From the IMG/VR virus record IMGVR_UViG_3300038679_000357, positions 64,001 through 128,000 of that record: DNA of 64,000 bases, one strand, 5' to 3'. Below are positions 19,158-29,012 of the stretch, one piece after another. Origin of the DNA: a virus (Duplodnaviria > Caudoviricetes). The notes under the pieces are model-generated. The model ran no database searches. It was not told the origin of the DNA and worked only from the letters and a program-made list of their open reading frames with translations. The stretch's first letter is position 1; the number at the start of each line of letters is the position of its first letter. The position numbers were made by a program, and so were the translations under genes.

Positions 19158-19393
19158 ATAATTTTCGCCTTATGTATTCGTTTGTCGTTTCTTACTAAAA
19201 TCAACTTTTCCGACGCCTTATTCTCGTCCCATGGAACATAAATCCTCAGTTCTGGCTTGCCATCCAACACAGATTCGGACACAATATCGATCTTCCTTCC
19301 GAACAGCTCCGAATGGCGTGACAATATTTTAAACACCGCCGAACTATCGTCAGAGTTTACTTCTTTCAGTTGAATTTGAATTAAACACCCCAT
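19151..19393 (-). CDS. Hypothetical protein
   Basis: 80-aa ORF in coupled run. Confidence 0.6.
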   Translation of the reverse strand: MGCLIQIQLKEVNSDDSSAVFKILSRHSELFGRKIDIVSESVLDGKPELRIYVPWDENKASEKLILVRNDKRIHKAKIIC

Positions 19394-19656
19394 CAGGACA
19401 ATAACATTTTCCTTGTTACGTAAAATGATTTTTGCTGTTCTGTCATCCCTGTCATCTCCGACTCGCTTCCTTGGCGTATGTTAATATATTTTTCAATGAA
19501 TTTCGCAACATCCTCTCCAGACAACTCAATCCTAATATCATTCAATACAATGCACTTAGCGCCTTTCATTAACTCAACATTTTCTTTGGTTAAATCAGTA
19601 AATTGTAGCTCCAACCAAGCGCCATCAACTTCAGGTTTCTTTTGCATATTATTCAC
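19393..19656 (-). CDS. Hypothetical protein
   Basis: 87-aa ORF with AGGAG SD. Confidence 0.6.
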   Translation of the reverse strand: MNNMQKKPEVDGAWLELQFTDLTKENVELMKGAKCIVLNDIRIELSGEDVAKFIEKYINIRQGSESEMTGMTEQQKSFYVTRKMLLS

Positions 19657-20161
19657 TCCTATTAATAAACAATTCTAGTTCAGACATATTGCGTCCCATT
19701 AACGCGACGACATCATTTCCGGTAACTATTTGCAATTGTTCTCCGGTGAGAATCGGCATAATGAGACCATACAAAAGAGGGATCTCCAGTCTGTAGACTT
19801 TTTTCCCTACTTCTGAATTATAGTACGAAATCATATGAGCTGTATATATTGCCTTGCGCCGGTCATATCCAATATCAATAAAAACCGATCCTATATCGAC
19901 CTGTTCCATGGCACTGAGAAGTACACTCGCCCCCATAGCATAAGGATTGGCAAAGTCACCATGTAGAGTATTATGCACCATCATTCCATCCTCCCCATTT
20001 ATCATGATGGGGAGAAAAAAATCTCCATTGGGAGTTGCTCCCGTAAACACCACGCAATAACTAGTGGCATCGATCTTCATTGACGGTTGACGAGTTAATA
20101 TAACCATAGCCCTTCTCTTTATAAACTCTTCATGTGGTTGAGTAAGAAACCATCTTATCAA
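19649..20161 (-). CDS. Hypothetical protein
   Basis: 170-aa ORF in coupled run. Confidence 0.65.
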   Translation of the reverse strand: MIRWFLTQPHEEFIKRRAMVILTRQPSMKIDATSYCVVFTGATPNGDFFLPIMINGEDGMMVHNTLHGDFANPYAMGASVLLSAMEQVDIGSVFIDIGYDRRKAIYTAHMISYYNSEVGKKVYRLEIPLLYGLIMPILTGEQLQIVTGNDVVALMGRNMSELELFINRSE

Positions 20162-22283
20162 GATCAGTACGCATAAGGCGTCTTATTTCTGACGGCGTAG
20201 AAGCGTGTTTACACCTTTCGTACGTCTCAGATATTAACGCTTCACCGACATCGATACTCAATCCCAGTTCAGAAATATCATCTGCAAATGCAGATGCTTC
20301 CAACCATGCGATCTTTTTCATGTCAGGCGCTGAAACTGAATTAAAAACAACTTCACCATCTATTTCCTCCAATATACCAGACCACACCCCTCTTTCAAGA
20401 TGATAATCACCCTCAGATTTTGAGAATCCCATACTTCCAGATGTTTTCTTATCATCCTGGGAAAAAACGATAATCGTGTTTCTAAAATCAACTGGCAACC
20501 CCCTGGAGTCGTCAATCAATCCGGCGCGAATTGTTCTAATGATAATTGACTTAACTGCATGATGCATTGCATCAAAATTAGTAAAAAGGATAACGCAATA
20601 TGGCTTTTTCCTAACGCCGCTATACAATCTCCCCTCATCCTCATATCCAATATAACCAGGAGAAGTGCCAACAATGCTATTAACAGAGGAACTTTTTCTA
20701 TAGTCATTTCCGTCGATTTCAAGAAGCGAGTTGAAGCCGTACAGTATTTCAGACAGCTTACGAATTATCGATTTTTTCCCAACCCCTTTCGGTCCATGGA
20801 CTACAATCGTGCTTATTGGACGATTACGCTTAATCGTACGAGACAAACCAGAAGACACAATACTGCAAAGCTTATTTATCGCCGCATCATTCCCAATAAT
20901 CTCCAGCGGAAGAGAATCTTTAACCTCAGAGAGCCGATCAGATTCCCTTGACCGAATTATATCTATTGGAATCGACGAAAGAGAACTAACAGACTCTTCT
21001 ACAATCGATGGTTCAACCATACAATCATAGATTGACGCCCTGGCGCAAGCATCATCAATGCAGTCAAAAGCCTTATCTGGATATCTCCGATCTACGATAT
21101 ATCGTCCAGATAATAAAACCGCTTTGTCAATCGCTTCCGACGTTATTGATACGCCATGAAAATCCTCGTATGATTCTCGACATTTTTCAAGAATTCCAGA
21201 AGTTTGTTCTGGCGTCATTTCATCCACATTTATTCTTTGAAAACGACGACATAGCGCAGCGTCTCGCCTCATGTGGCGATTGAAATCTCCTATTGTCGTT
21301 GCGCCAATACATCGCACTTCACCCCTAGCTAAATAAGGTTTGAGCATATTCCCCAAATCCGCAGATCCATTATGATCGCCAGTTCCCATCAACATGTGGA
21401 TTTCGTCAATAAACAGAATAACATCAGGTCTACTGACAACGCTCCGCATAAAGAGATTTAACTTTTCTTCTAGCATTCCTCTAAGGTTCGTGCCTGCGAC
21501 CAACGCCGCAACGTCAATAGAATAAATTGTGCAATCCGCAATCCTAGACGGAACTTCATTCTTTGCAATCATCATTGCAAGACGTTCAACGATCGCTGTT
21601 TTACCGACTCCAGCCTCTCCAATCAACAACGGATTCCCCTTGACCTTACGAAGAAGAGTTAAAATAACTCTGCTGGTCTCTGTTTCTCTACCATATGCTT
21701 CTGAAAGTTGATTATTTTTAGCTAATTCAGTAAGATTGGTATAAAATGTTGGCTCCACGTTTGAAGGCGTTGGCTTACTGGATGGGTTCTTGGGACGAGA
21801 CTTTGGAGGAAGTGACGAAGCAGGCGGCGCTGCAGATTCGTTTTCTTTTGCCTCAGCAGAATCTCTTCTTAATTCCTCAGACACACCATTTTGTACTATT
21901 GTTAAGTCTAACCCACACGCAATAAGCGTGTCGTGAATCTCCTTGTCCGCAAGCATGGCGTCGAACAAACATGACATCGCGCCACCACTAACTTTTTTAG
22001 ACCGAATAATATCAGACACGCGCTTGTCGTATACTAAGTCAAACAGTTTAACTGGATCACTAGATGTGTTGGTGTCCGGTAATCTACTAGAAAACATAGA
22101 CAAAATGTTATTGACTGTAGCATGATCTATGTACGATTCTATATATTCTCTACAAGTGATGAATAAAGAGTAGGTAAACAGGTCAAGATCAATGCGTTTC
22201 ATACCTCGATTCATGGCAGCGCTCTGCATATACAATAACGACGCCATCACATTTTTGTCGATGTATTTTCCGCGAATAGTCAT
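20130..22283 (-). CDS. ClpA/ClpC-like HSP100 AAA+ ATPase with degenerate second nucleotide-binding domain
   Basis: NBD1: GRETE, KGNPLLIGEAGVGKTAIVE, FIDEIH, LKPYLARGEVRCIGATT, DAALCRRFQ, RRYPDKAFD; NBD2: GPKGVGKKS, GTSPGYIGY, KKPYCVILFTNFD, VDFRNTIIV. Confidence 0.9.
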   Translation of the reverse strand: MTIRGKYIDKNVMASLLYMQSAAMNRGMKRIDLDLFTYSLFITCREYIESYIDHATVNNILSMFSSRLPDTNTSSDPVKLFDLVYDKRVSDIIRSKKVSGGAMSCLFDAMLADKEIHDTLIACGLDLTIVQNGVSEELRRDSAEAKENESAAPPASSLPPKSRPKNPSSKPTPSNVEPTFYTNLTELAKNNQLSEAYGRETETSRVILTLLRKVKGNPLLIGEAGVGKTAIVERLAMMIAKNEVPSRIADCTIYSIDVAALVAGTNLRGMLEEKLNLFMRSVVSRPDVILFIDEIHMLMGTGDHNGSADLGNMLKPYLARGEVRCIGATTIGDFNRHMRRDAALCRRFQRINVDEMTPEQTSGILEKCRESYEDFHGVSITSEAIDKAVLLSGRYIVDRRYPDKAFDCIDDACARASIYDCMVEPSIVEESVSSLSSIPIDIIRSRESDRLSEVKDSLPLEIIGNDAAINKLCSIVSSGLSRTIKRNRPISTIVVHGPKGVGKKSIIRKLSEILYGFNSLLEIDGNDYRKSSSVNSIVGTSPGYIGYEDEGRLYSGVRKKPYCVILFTNFDAMHHAVKSIIIRTIRAGLIDDSRGLPVDFRNTIIVFSQDDKKTSGSMGFSKSEGDYHLERGVWSGILEEIDGEVVFNSVSAPDMKKIAWLEASAFADDISELGLSIDVGEALISETYERCKHASTPSEIRRLMRTDLDKMVSYSTT

Positions 22284-22528
22284 GCGCAGTATATATCTCC
22301 ATCGGATTGATACGATAAAGCTTTCAACATAGACTCAACGTCTGCTCCAATAATGTTTTCGGAGTAAAATTTTGTTATAAACGCTCTCTCTTCTTCACTC
22401 ATTCTCTTTGATCGAAAAACAGAAAAAGAACATGAAACGATATTAAGCCGAAAGAGAACCCGACCATCGATGTTTTTAGCAACGACAATAGGGGCGTCAA
22501 TCTCTACAGTTATGCCAAAATCGCTCAT
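22280..22528 (-). CDS. Hypothetical protein
   Basis: 82-aa ORF, ATGA overlaps on both sides. Confidence 0.65.
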   Translation of the reverse strand: MSDFGITVEIDAPIVVAKNIDGRVLFRLNIVSCSFSVFRSKRMSEEERAFITKFYSENIIGADVESMLKALSYQSDGDIYCA

Positions 22529-23451
22529 AATTTCTTTAAGTGCCTAATCATATACAAATTGCTATCGTAAAGATATTTTTCAAGAGATGCAAGCATAGAT
22601 AAAATCTTTGTTACGTCTCTTGTATCTTCCACCATGAGATGATCCATCAACTGCTGACAAATGTCATCAATGAACTTATCATTATAAAAATTCTGACGCA
22701 AAACCGATCTGATTTTCAACATTGTTACCCGTAGTATATTCCTTAACTTCACCCATCTTTTAGGCTGATCGGCGATCGCCTCAATTTTTTTCATCATTGC
22801 AAGGATGAGCTTGAATGTTATAAATCTCTTCGTTACAATGCCATTATGTAACGCCAAAGCGACTTGGTCATTCATATCGCTCCCAAAAGCGCTTTCATAT
22901 CTCGACCCAGGCAGACATACTGGGTTACAAGGAATAATATCAAGACGGAACTTTCGACGCAAATCCTCGCCTTCTGGAAATGAAAGGGCATGTCTTCTTG
23001 AGATATCGGCTGCAAACGCAACCGGAGGATCTCCTTCATATCTATAACAATAATTCCACACCCTTTTTGCGTAATCGTCCGAATTTTCGCAAAGATATTT
23101 TAGTATCCTTGGACGATCATCACTGAGAAGCTTAACGAGATCCGTGAGTTTCCCACGCAATCTGTTTATCTCATTGAAAAATGGAGTAATGGACCTTTCG
23201 GGAATAAAAATTCCAAAAAACGTTCTGTAAGCATAATCGTCAAAACACTGAACAATTTCATGACTAATCTTAATGGATGTTCTAAATTCCGGGATATTAT
23301 ACTTTCGCATCCGTTTTCTGGAACCGTCAGAATTATCATCAACCCATTGCATGGACCCCTTCCAGACAAACATTTTGCGGTTGACAAATATACCAGTATC
23401 CAACGCTGGTCTTACAACCGCTTCCTGTTCTGGAGTGAGTGATTTTAACAT
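22525..23451 (-). CDS. Hypothetical protein
   Basis: 308-aa ORF in coupled run. Confidence 0.75.
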   Translation of the reverse strand: MLKSLTPEQEAVVRPALDTGIFVNRKMFVWKGSMQWVDDNSDGSRKRMRKYNIPEFRTSIKISHEIVQCFDDYAYRTFFGIFIPERSITPFFNEINRLRGKLTDLVKLLSDDRPRILKYLCENSDDYAKRVWNYCYRYEGDPPVAFAADISRRHALSFPEGEDLRRKFRLDIIPCNPVCLPGSRYESAFGSDMNDQVALALHNGIVTKRFITFKLILAMMKKIEAIADQPKRWVKLRNILRVTMLKIRSVLRQNFYNDKFIDDICQQLMDHLMVEDTRDVTKILSMLASLEKYLYDSNLYMIRHLKKL

Positions 23452-24464
23452 TGTTTTCTCTCAATATCGTAATCGTTTTTTACCATCAAAGAAACCATTG
23501 AGTCAAAAGTCGTCTCCGGCTTCCATCCAAGAAGATTCATTATCTTCGATGCGTCACCGCAAAGGCAATTAACTTCTGCTGGACGATAAAATTTTTCATC
23601 CACACACACGACGGTCTCTCCAGTCTTCTTTGAAATATAACATTCGTGAATTCCATGACCGCCATTCGACTCTATGGGGTAATCAATTTCTGCAAATGCC
23701 TTTTCAAGAAACTCACGAACTGAATACATTTTTCCAGTAGCAACGACAAAATCGGTAGGTGTCGCATGAGATAGGATCAATTGCATTGCCTTAACGTAAT
23801 CTCCAGCGTAACCCCAATCTCGCATTGCATCGAGATTACCCAGCCGAAGCCTTTCATCAACGCCAAGTTTAATCCTAGCTGCCGCCCTTGTAATCTTTCG
23901 AGTGACAAACTCATATCCACGATATTCCGATTCATGATTGAATAAGATGCCGTTTGCGGCATATGTACCATAACTTTCACGAGCGTTCACTACGGACCAA
24001 TAGCCGTGAAGTTTAGCGACCCCATACGGAGAACGAGGATGCATAATTGTCGTCTCATGCTGAGGCGGGGGTGTACTTCCAAACAATTCCGAGGTGCTTG
24101 CCTGGTACACTTTACATCCATTACCTACGGTACGAGCAGCCTCTAAAACATTCAATACACCAGTTCCATTCACCACACTGGTATATACCGGGTTAACAAA
24201 ACTAACAGCAACATGACTTTGCGCCGCTAAATTATAAATTTCATCTGGCTTGTACTGCGAAATAGCAGCAACAATAGAAGCGTAGTCTGACACATCACCC
24301 ATTATCAGTCTTATGTGTGGGCTGGTTCGCTTTTTTAGCCTATCCACAGAATCTGATGTAGACGATTGTCTTATCAAGCCGCATACCTCATACCCCAAAT
24401 TCATCAAATGCGAAGCTAAAAAACCACCATCTTGACCAGTAACACCTGTAATTAACGCCCTCAT
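23445..24464 (-). CDS. gmd: GDP-mannose 4,6-dehydratase
   Basis: ALITGVTGQDG, YNLAAQSHV.VSF, YQASTSELFG, PRSPYGVAK, NGILFNHES, FVTRKIT, LGNLDAMRDWGYAGDYV, RPAEV. Confidence 0.96.
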   Translation of the reverse strand: MRALITGVTGQDGGFLASHLMNLGYEVCGLIRQSSTSDSVDRLKKRTSPHIRLIMGDVSDYASIVAAISQYKPDEIYNLAAQSHVAVSFVNPVYTSVVNGTGVLNVLEAARTVGNGCKVYQASTSELFGSTPPPQHETTIMHPRSPYGVAKLHGYWSVVNARESYGTYAANGILFNHESEYRGYEFVTRKITRAAARIKLGVDERLRLGNLDAMRDWGYAGDYVKAMQLILSHATPTDFVVATGKMYSVREFLEKAFAEIDYPIESNGGHGIHECYISKKTGETVVCVDEKFYRPAEVNCLCGDASKIMNLLGWKPETTFDSMVSLMVKNDYDIERKQC

Positions 24465-25036
24465 AGTTCCCCTTTTTTAGTTAAGTAAATATCACGAGCT
24501 TGATTGTAAATCTCCCTCATCTCATGCTGATTAAAATCTTCAATGCACTCATTCATTCTGGAATAAGCGTTTTTGACCCAGCTTCTAACCTTTTCATCCG
24601 AACTTAACCGAAGAAGCAATCTACATTGCATTGCTGCCATCATGTGCTCCATTGCTAAAAGTCCGCCCTTACCTGAATCCAATGACGAAGAAACGGCAAT
24701 AGTTTTTTCTACAACTGGTCCATCTATATTTATGCCGAATTCTTCGCATATTTTATCAAGAGCCTCTTGATAACTCAAGGTAAAGTAAGTCATAAAGAAT
24801 TGTACAACACTTCCCTTAGCGCCACAGCCAAAACAATGAAACCACCACCCATTATTCCCCTTACTAATACTAAATGATGGATCACTATCGCCATGAAATG
24901 GGCACAAACACTTACACTGTTCACGACACCCTATCCATCGTATAGCAATACCCAATTCCGACTCCATATACGCCGGAAGATCAATACTCGCTGATGCAAG
25001 GCGCTTTGCGTCGGTGAAAAACTTGCCGCCCTTCAT
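24461..25036 (-). CDS. Stand-alone CHC2 zinc-finger (DnaG primase Zn-binding domain) protein
   Basis: CLCPFHGDSDPSF...WFHCFGCGAKGSVVQFFM...YQEALDKI; no TOPRIM domain follows. Confidence 0.82.
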   Translation of the reverse strand: MKGGKFFTDAKRLASASIDLPAYMESELGIAIRWIGCREQCKCLCPFHGDSDPSFSISKGNNGWWFHCFGCGAKGSVVQFFMTYFTLSYQEALDKICEEFGINIDGPVVEKTIAVSSSLDSGKGGLLAMEHMMAAMQCRLLLRLSSDEKVRSWVKNAYSRMNECIEDFNQHEMREIYNQARDIYLTKKGEL

Positions 25037-26736
25037 TTTTCTACCGACAAAGATGCGGACTCAACAGGAAGAAAACTAACTGAAAGTTTTTTATTCACCG
25101 ACTCCTCTCCTCCAAGGGCGAAAAATGACGACAGATACGATGTCGCCAAACTAGATACCCCAGGTCGGCGAAGGCTAGATGCAACCATGCATTTTTCGTC
25201 CATCAACACATGCGTAACGTCCGGCATTGTTGCTTTAACGGAATGCATTTCAAATAGACTAGATTCCATGTCATAGATATCACAGATATCGCGATCCCAT
25301 CCTACAACCCAGCGAAGCCCAGCCGGAGCGTCTAAACGAGCTTTCGTCGCATAAATGATCAGCCCGTTCCGGGGGTGCTGAACAACCGAAAATACATAGT
25401 CTGGATCTCTTGTCAGCGCCTGAGAACCACCAACGTTTTCCACACCAACAAAAATGCTTGATTTTTCACCCTTATCGAGAAATTCTTTTTTACGGAATTC
25501 CTTGATCTTTTCACTGGGGATCGATTGTGCGCTACAAACGAAAACATTATGCTTCTTTCCCCATGCCTGGATCTGCTGACTGATCCAAGCAAGTTCGAGA
25601 TCGCGACGATCCCTAACGTTCGACATCTTTTTCGGGTTGATTCCAAAAACCTCCAAATAATCAAAATATACCGCATCAAAACCGCCCATAACGGCAGCAT
25701 ACTTATCAACCAACGCAAGGATGTCGTCGACCATCATCCCCTGCTCGACCGTGATCGTGAATAGATTACATCCTTCTGTCCGGTCAAACTCTTCTTTTGC
25801 AGTATAAAGACGATTCCATAACTCGTCAGTCATTCCTTCTGGACCGCGAACAAGCTTCATTTTCTTGGATGGAATACGGGACCGACGTGCTAACAGTCGT
25901 TTCGTCACCTCTTTTCCGGTTGATTCGACAGTGACATACCCAACCTTATACCCTGTTCTTGCCATATTGCTGGCAAAATTCAACATCACCGATGTCTTTC
26001 CGCCGTTTGGAAACCCAAGGATGACTGCGTATTTGCCACGAGCGAAACCAAGGAACTCATCATCAATACACGATAATCCACACAGCAGATCACGATCTCT
26101 CAGCTCAACCGTCTTTGCTTTTTCCATATCGGCAATCACCTGATTGGATAAAGAAGAACTGAAATCAGCGGAGAATCTTTTTTCATTCGTCCTTGCGGAA
26201 GTCATGATTATATCATTGATATCATCCCCGAGCTTCTGTATGACCTTATGTTGATCAGTTTTGGTCGTTTTGAAGATATCGTCAAGCAACGCTCCACCGC
26301 GAATCAACTGGTATAATTTATTTTGCGTACAACGAGATATGAGCGCCTCCTTCAGTCGAGGGTAATCTTCTGAGGACACCTTCTGCGTGTCGTACGTCGA
26401 ATACCGTGCAATCCATCGGGGAACTTCAAGAGAGGGTACGTGTGCCTCTGCAATGCTACGGAAAGACAAATCAGTCAACTGCGCCCCGCCGTACCTCATA
26501 TAATAAATCATGAGATACAGGTAAAATTCTGCATGCTCAGTCCACATAAAATGATCGCATGTGATGCCGCTATGCTCTATCGCATCAACAAGCAAATCCT
26601 TATGGTGAATCATCAAGGCTATAAAAAATGATTCATCGGTTTTTGCCGCATTGTAGAATGCAAGATTTTCAATTCTTTTCCTGTTTTTCAACTCGGCAAT
26701 TTTTTTCGCTACGTCAATTTTATCGATTGGAATCAT
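25033..26736 (-). CDS. dnaB: DnaB-like replicative helicase (SF4)
   Basis: LCGLSCID, LGFPNGGKTSVMLNFA, YVTVES, VYFDYLEV, CSAQ, ATKAR. Confidence 0.85.
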   Translation of the reverse strand: MIPIDKIDVAKKIAELKNRKRIENLAFYNAAKTDESFFIALMIHHKDLLVDAIEHSGITCDHFMWTEHAEFYLYLMIYYMRYGGAQLTDLSFRSIAEAHVPSLEVPRWIARYSTYDTQKVSSEDYPRLKEALISRCTQNKLYQLIRGGALLDDIFKTTKTDQHKVIQKLGDDINDIIMTSARTNEKRFSADFSSSLSNQVIADMEKAKTVELRDRDLLCGLSCIDDEFLGFARGKYAVILGFPNGGKTSVMLNFASNMARTGYKVGYVTVESTGKEVTKRLLARRSRIPSKKMKLVRGPEGMTDELWNRLYTAKEEFDRTEGCNLFTITVEQGMMVDDILALVDKYAAVMGGFDAVYFDYLEVFGINPKKMSNVRDRRDLELAWISQQIQAWGKKHNVFVCSAQSIPSEKIKEFRKKEFLDKGEKSSIFVGVENVGGSQALTRDPDYVFSVVQHPRNGLIIYATKARLDAPAGLRWVVGWDRDICDIYDMESSLFEMHSVKATMPDVTHVLMDEKCMVASSLRRPGVSSLATSYLSSFFALGGEESVNKKLSVSFLPVESASLSVEK

Positions 26737-26740
26737 ATCT

Positions 26741-27580
26741 TTATGCCTCGCCCTTCATTATATTTGATGATTCATTATTATTTGAAACAGTACCGCCCAT
26801 CTGATCTGATGTTTTATCTCCTTTTGGGCGAGTAGTAAGTCTAACAATACGCCGATCATAATCAATCGATGATTGAAGCATATGTGAAGTCTTCAAAATA
26901 TTATCCAGCTCCACGCCAATTCCCCGCCTCAAACATGCGGAGCAACCATCACGAAACGAGATAATTGTAGTTTTACCGCCATCTATCCTACTTCTCATAA
27001 TTTCATCAATTCTGGATAACGCATACACCAATGCTTTTTGATGGAGAGCCCATTCGCTTTTCATCTCAGAAATGAAAAGAAAATCAGCACTACAAACCAT
27101 ATCGCAAAATTCATCACGTCTTATCTTATCGTAATCAAGAATGGCGTTCAAAAATTTCGAAAAGTCAAAATGCCTAGCCAACAAATTAGATGAAAAATCG
27201 TTACACAATGAGGCGTACGAAACGGCTGACACGAGCACAGACATTCCGATCAGTCTTCTAACCTCATCTTGAGGAGTTTTTTGAGACTCCGAAAAGCCAT
27301 CAATCAATATGAAATATTTCTTAGTCCAAATGTCTGGTCTGTTGTAAATAAAATCGATCGCCACCTTATCGCCAATCAACGAATTTTTCACAGCAATATG
27401 CGGGATATTCCAGTAACCTTCGTCTACACCAGCCTCATTCAACGACTTCGTCCAATACCTATATGCCGACAATACAGCAGCTTTAACTCCATCATTGCCA
27501 ATTTCACTCACGTCAAACCTCCGAGACGTTGTAGCTAGAAATAACCCGTATGAAATCAGCCAAACCGTCGTCCCATTCAC
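26741..27580 (-). CDS. Degenerate DnaC/IstB-like helicase-loader protein
   Basis: C-half DMVCSADFLFISEM...IDEIMRSRIDGGKTTIISF parallels DnaC DLLILDDLG...R....KPTIIT; no Walker A; directly upstream of dnaB. Confidence 0.45.
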   Translation of the reverse strand: MNGTTVWLISYGLFLATTSRRFDVSEIGNDGVKAAVLSAYRYWTKSLNEAGVDEGYWNIPHIAVKNSLIGDKVAIDFIYNRPDIWTKKYFILIDGFSESQKTPQDEVRRLIGMSVLVSAVSYASLCNDFSSNLLARHFDFSKFLNAILDYDKIRRDEFCDMVCSADFLFISEMKSEWALHQKALVYALSRIDEIMRSRIDGGKTTIISFRDGCSACLRRGIGVELDNILKTSHMLQSSIDYDRRIVRLTTRPKGDKTSDQMGGTVSNNNESSNIMKGEA

Positions 27581-29012
27581 TTTTATTTTTCACCGGAAAA
27601 TTGGAACCATACAGTTTAGCAATCATCGCCTCAGACCGCAGCATCGAACTTACTCCAGTGACATTTTTCTCCGTAACCTTTCGAATCATTTTATACGAAG
27701 TGGAGTTAATGTCGAGTTTTCTGATACGGGCTAAGCCAATTTCGACTTCATTAGGATCTTCTCTCTTGTTTACTCGCTGTCGATATTCTTGAATGTAAGC
27801 GCACACCACAGATATTCCATAGATACACGACAGAAAAATAAATCGTCTATCGCCAGGTTCTGTGCTCCATATTTGTTCAAGGTGGTCAAAAATATGGAAT
27901 CTCGCCCTCATTAAACTCCCTGGATCTGTGCCGGAGGCAGCAAACTCCGACTCTTTTGAGAGTAATAATTTTGTTATGTCAAATTTACCATGAGAAGTAG
28001 TAGTTAAAGATTCACGGGTAACATTATGCGCGAGCCAGCGACAATATATCCACGTTCGCCCATAAGATGTGGCTTCCAGCCTTTTTACCACATTCATGAC
28101 GTCCTGCTTACATGCCACATTAATGAAAAATGGGTAATCATGTTGTAACGCGCATCGGCGACGGATCTCTCGTGATAAATATTCAACCACATGACTATAC
28201 GCCTTATGAGGGACTAACTCACAGTCATTCATTTCCGCCAACTTATCTCTCCACCCATCCTTATCAACAATGGATGGTTTCACCCATACTTTCTCTTCTG
28301 ACTTTTTGAAAACAGAGGAAATTGGAACAATGCCCATTTCCCCTTCATCAATGCCAACAAAACCCTTATCAAGAATCGATCTATGAATCAAATCAACCTT
28401 TAATCTCGCCCTATCAATACAGGAAAATGAATCAATTGACTTCAAATACGAAATAATTTCGTCCATCGTATTTTTGTCGGAAAATCGATCTCCAGCGAAA
28501 GAGCGAACAAGAGGATGTAGCGATGCTAACTTTTTCCTGATCAACTTATCATATGATGATGTCGTAAACGGGCAATCCGCGTCGCATCTCGGACCAACAG
28601 AATGAAGTCGCAATATCAATGACGGATAAAGGGCAACAATTGCCGTGTTCATCGATTTCCACGACAGAAAAAACAACTCTGGAGAAAGAGAGATTTCATC
28701 GTCATTTGTTAAAATCCCATAAACCATATTGGCAGCCGACATTGATGCAATTTCTTCAAGAAAAGCAATCTTCCTCGCGTTAATATCACATCGCTTTCCG
28801 TAAATTGCCTGTACCACTTCATTGACTGGCTTTTTTTTAGTCCACACCGACCGCCAGCCGGTTGTAAATCCAGAAGAGGAGATCTCATCCACAATATAAG
28901 AAAACACCTTAAAATGCTTCGCTGTAGCAACTCGCTCAGCTACCACTATTGACGTCACACTCGGGTTTTCAATACAAGCTGCATACAGCTTGCTGTAATC
29001 ATAACTTACCAT
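27513..29012 (-). CDS. Hypothetical protein
   Basis: 499-aa ORF between SF2 helicase and DnaC-like gene. Confidence 0.75.
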   Translation of the reverse strand: MVSYDYSKLYAACIENPSVTSIVVAERVATAKHFKVFSYIVDEISSSGFTTGWRSVWTKKKPVNEVVQAIYGKRCDINARKIAFLEEIASMSAANMVYGILTNDDEISLSPELFFLSWKSMNTAIVALYPSLILRLHSVGPRCDADCPFTTSSYDKLIRKKLASLHPLVRSFAGDRFSDKNTMDEIISYLKSIDSFSCIDRARLKVDLIHRSILDKGFVGIDEGEMGIVPISSVFKKSEEKVWVKPSIVDKDGWRDKLAEMNDCELVPHKAYSHVVEYLSREIRRRCALQHDYPFFINVACKQDVMNVVKRLEATSYGRTWIYCRWLAHNVTRESLTTTSHGKFDITKLLLSKESEFAASGTDPGSLMRARFHIFDHLEQIWSTEPGDRRFIFLSCIYGISVVCAYIQEYRQRVNKREDPNEVEIGLARIRKLDINSTSYKMIRKVTEKNVTGVSSMLRSEAMIAKLYGSNFPVKNKSEWDDGLADFIRVISSYNVSEV

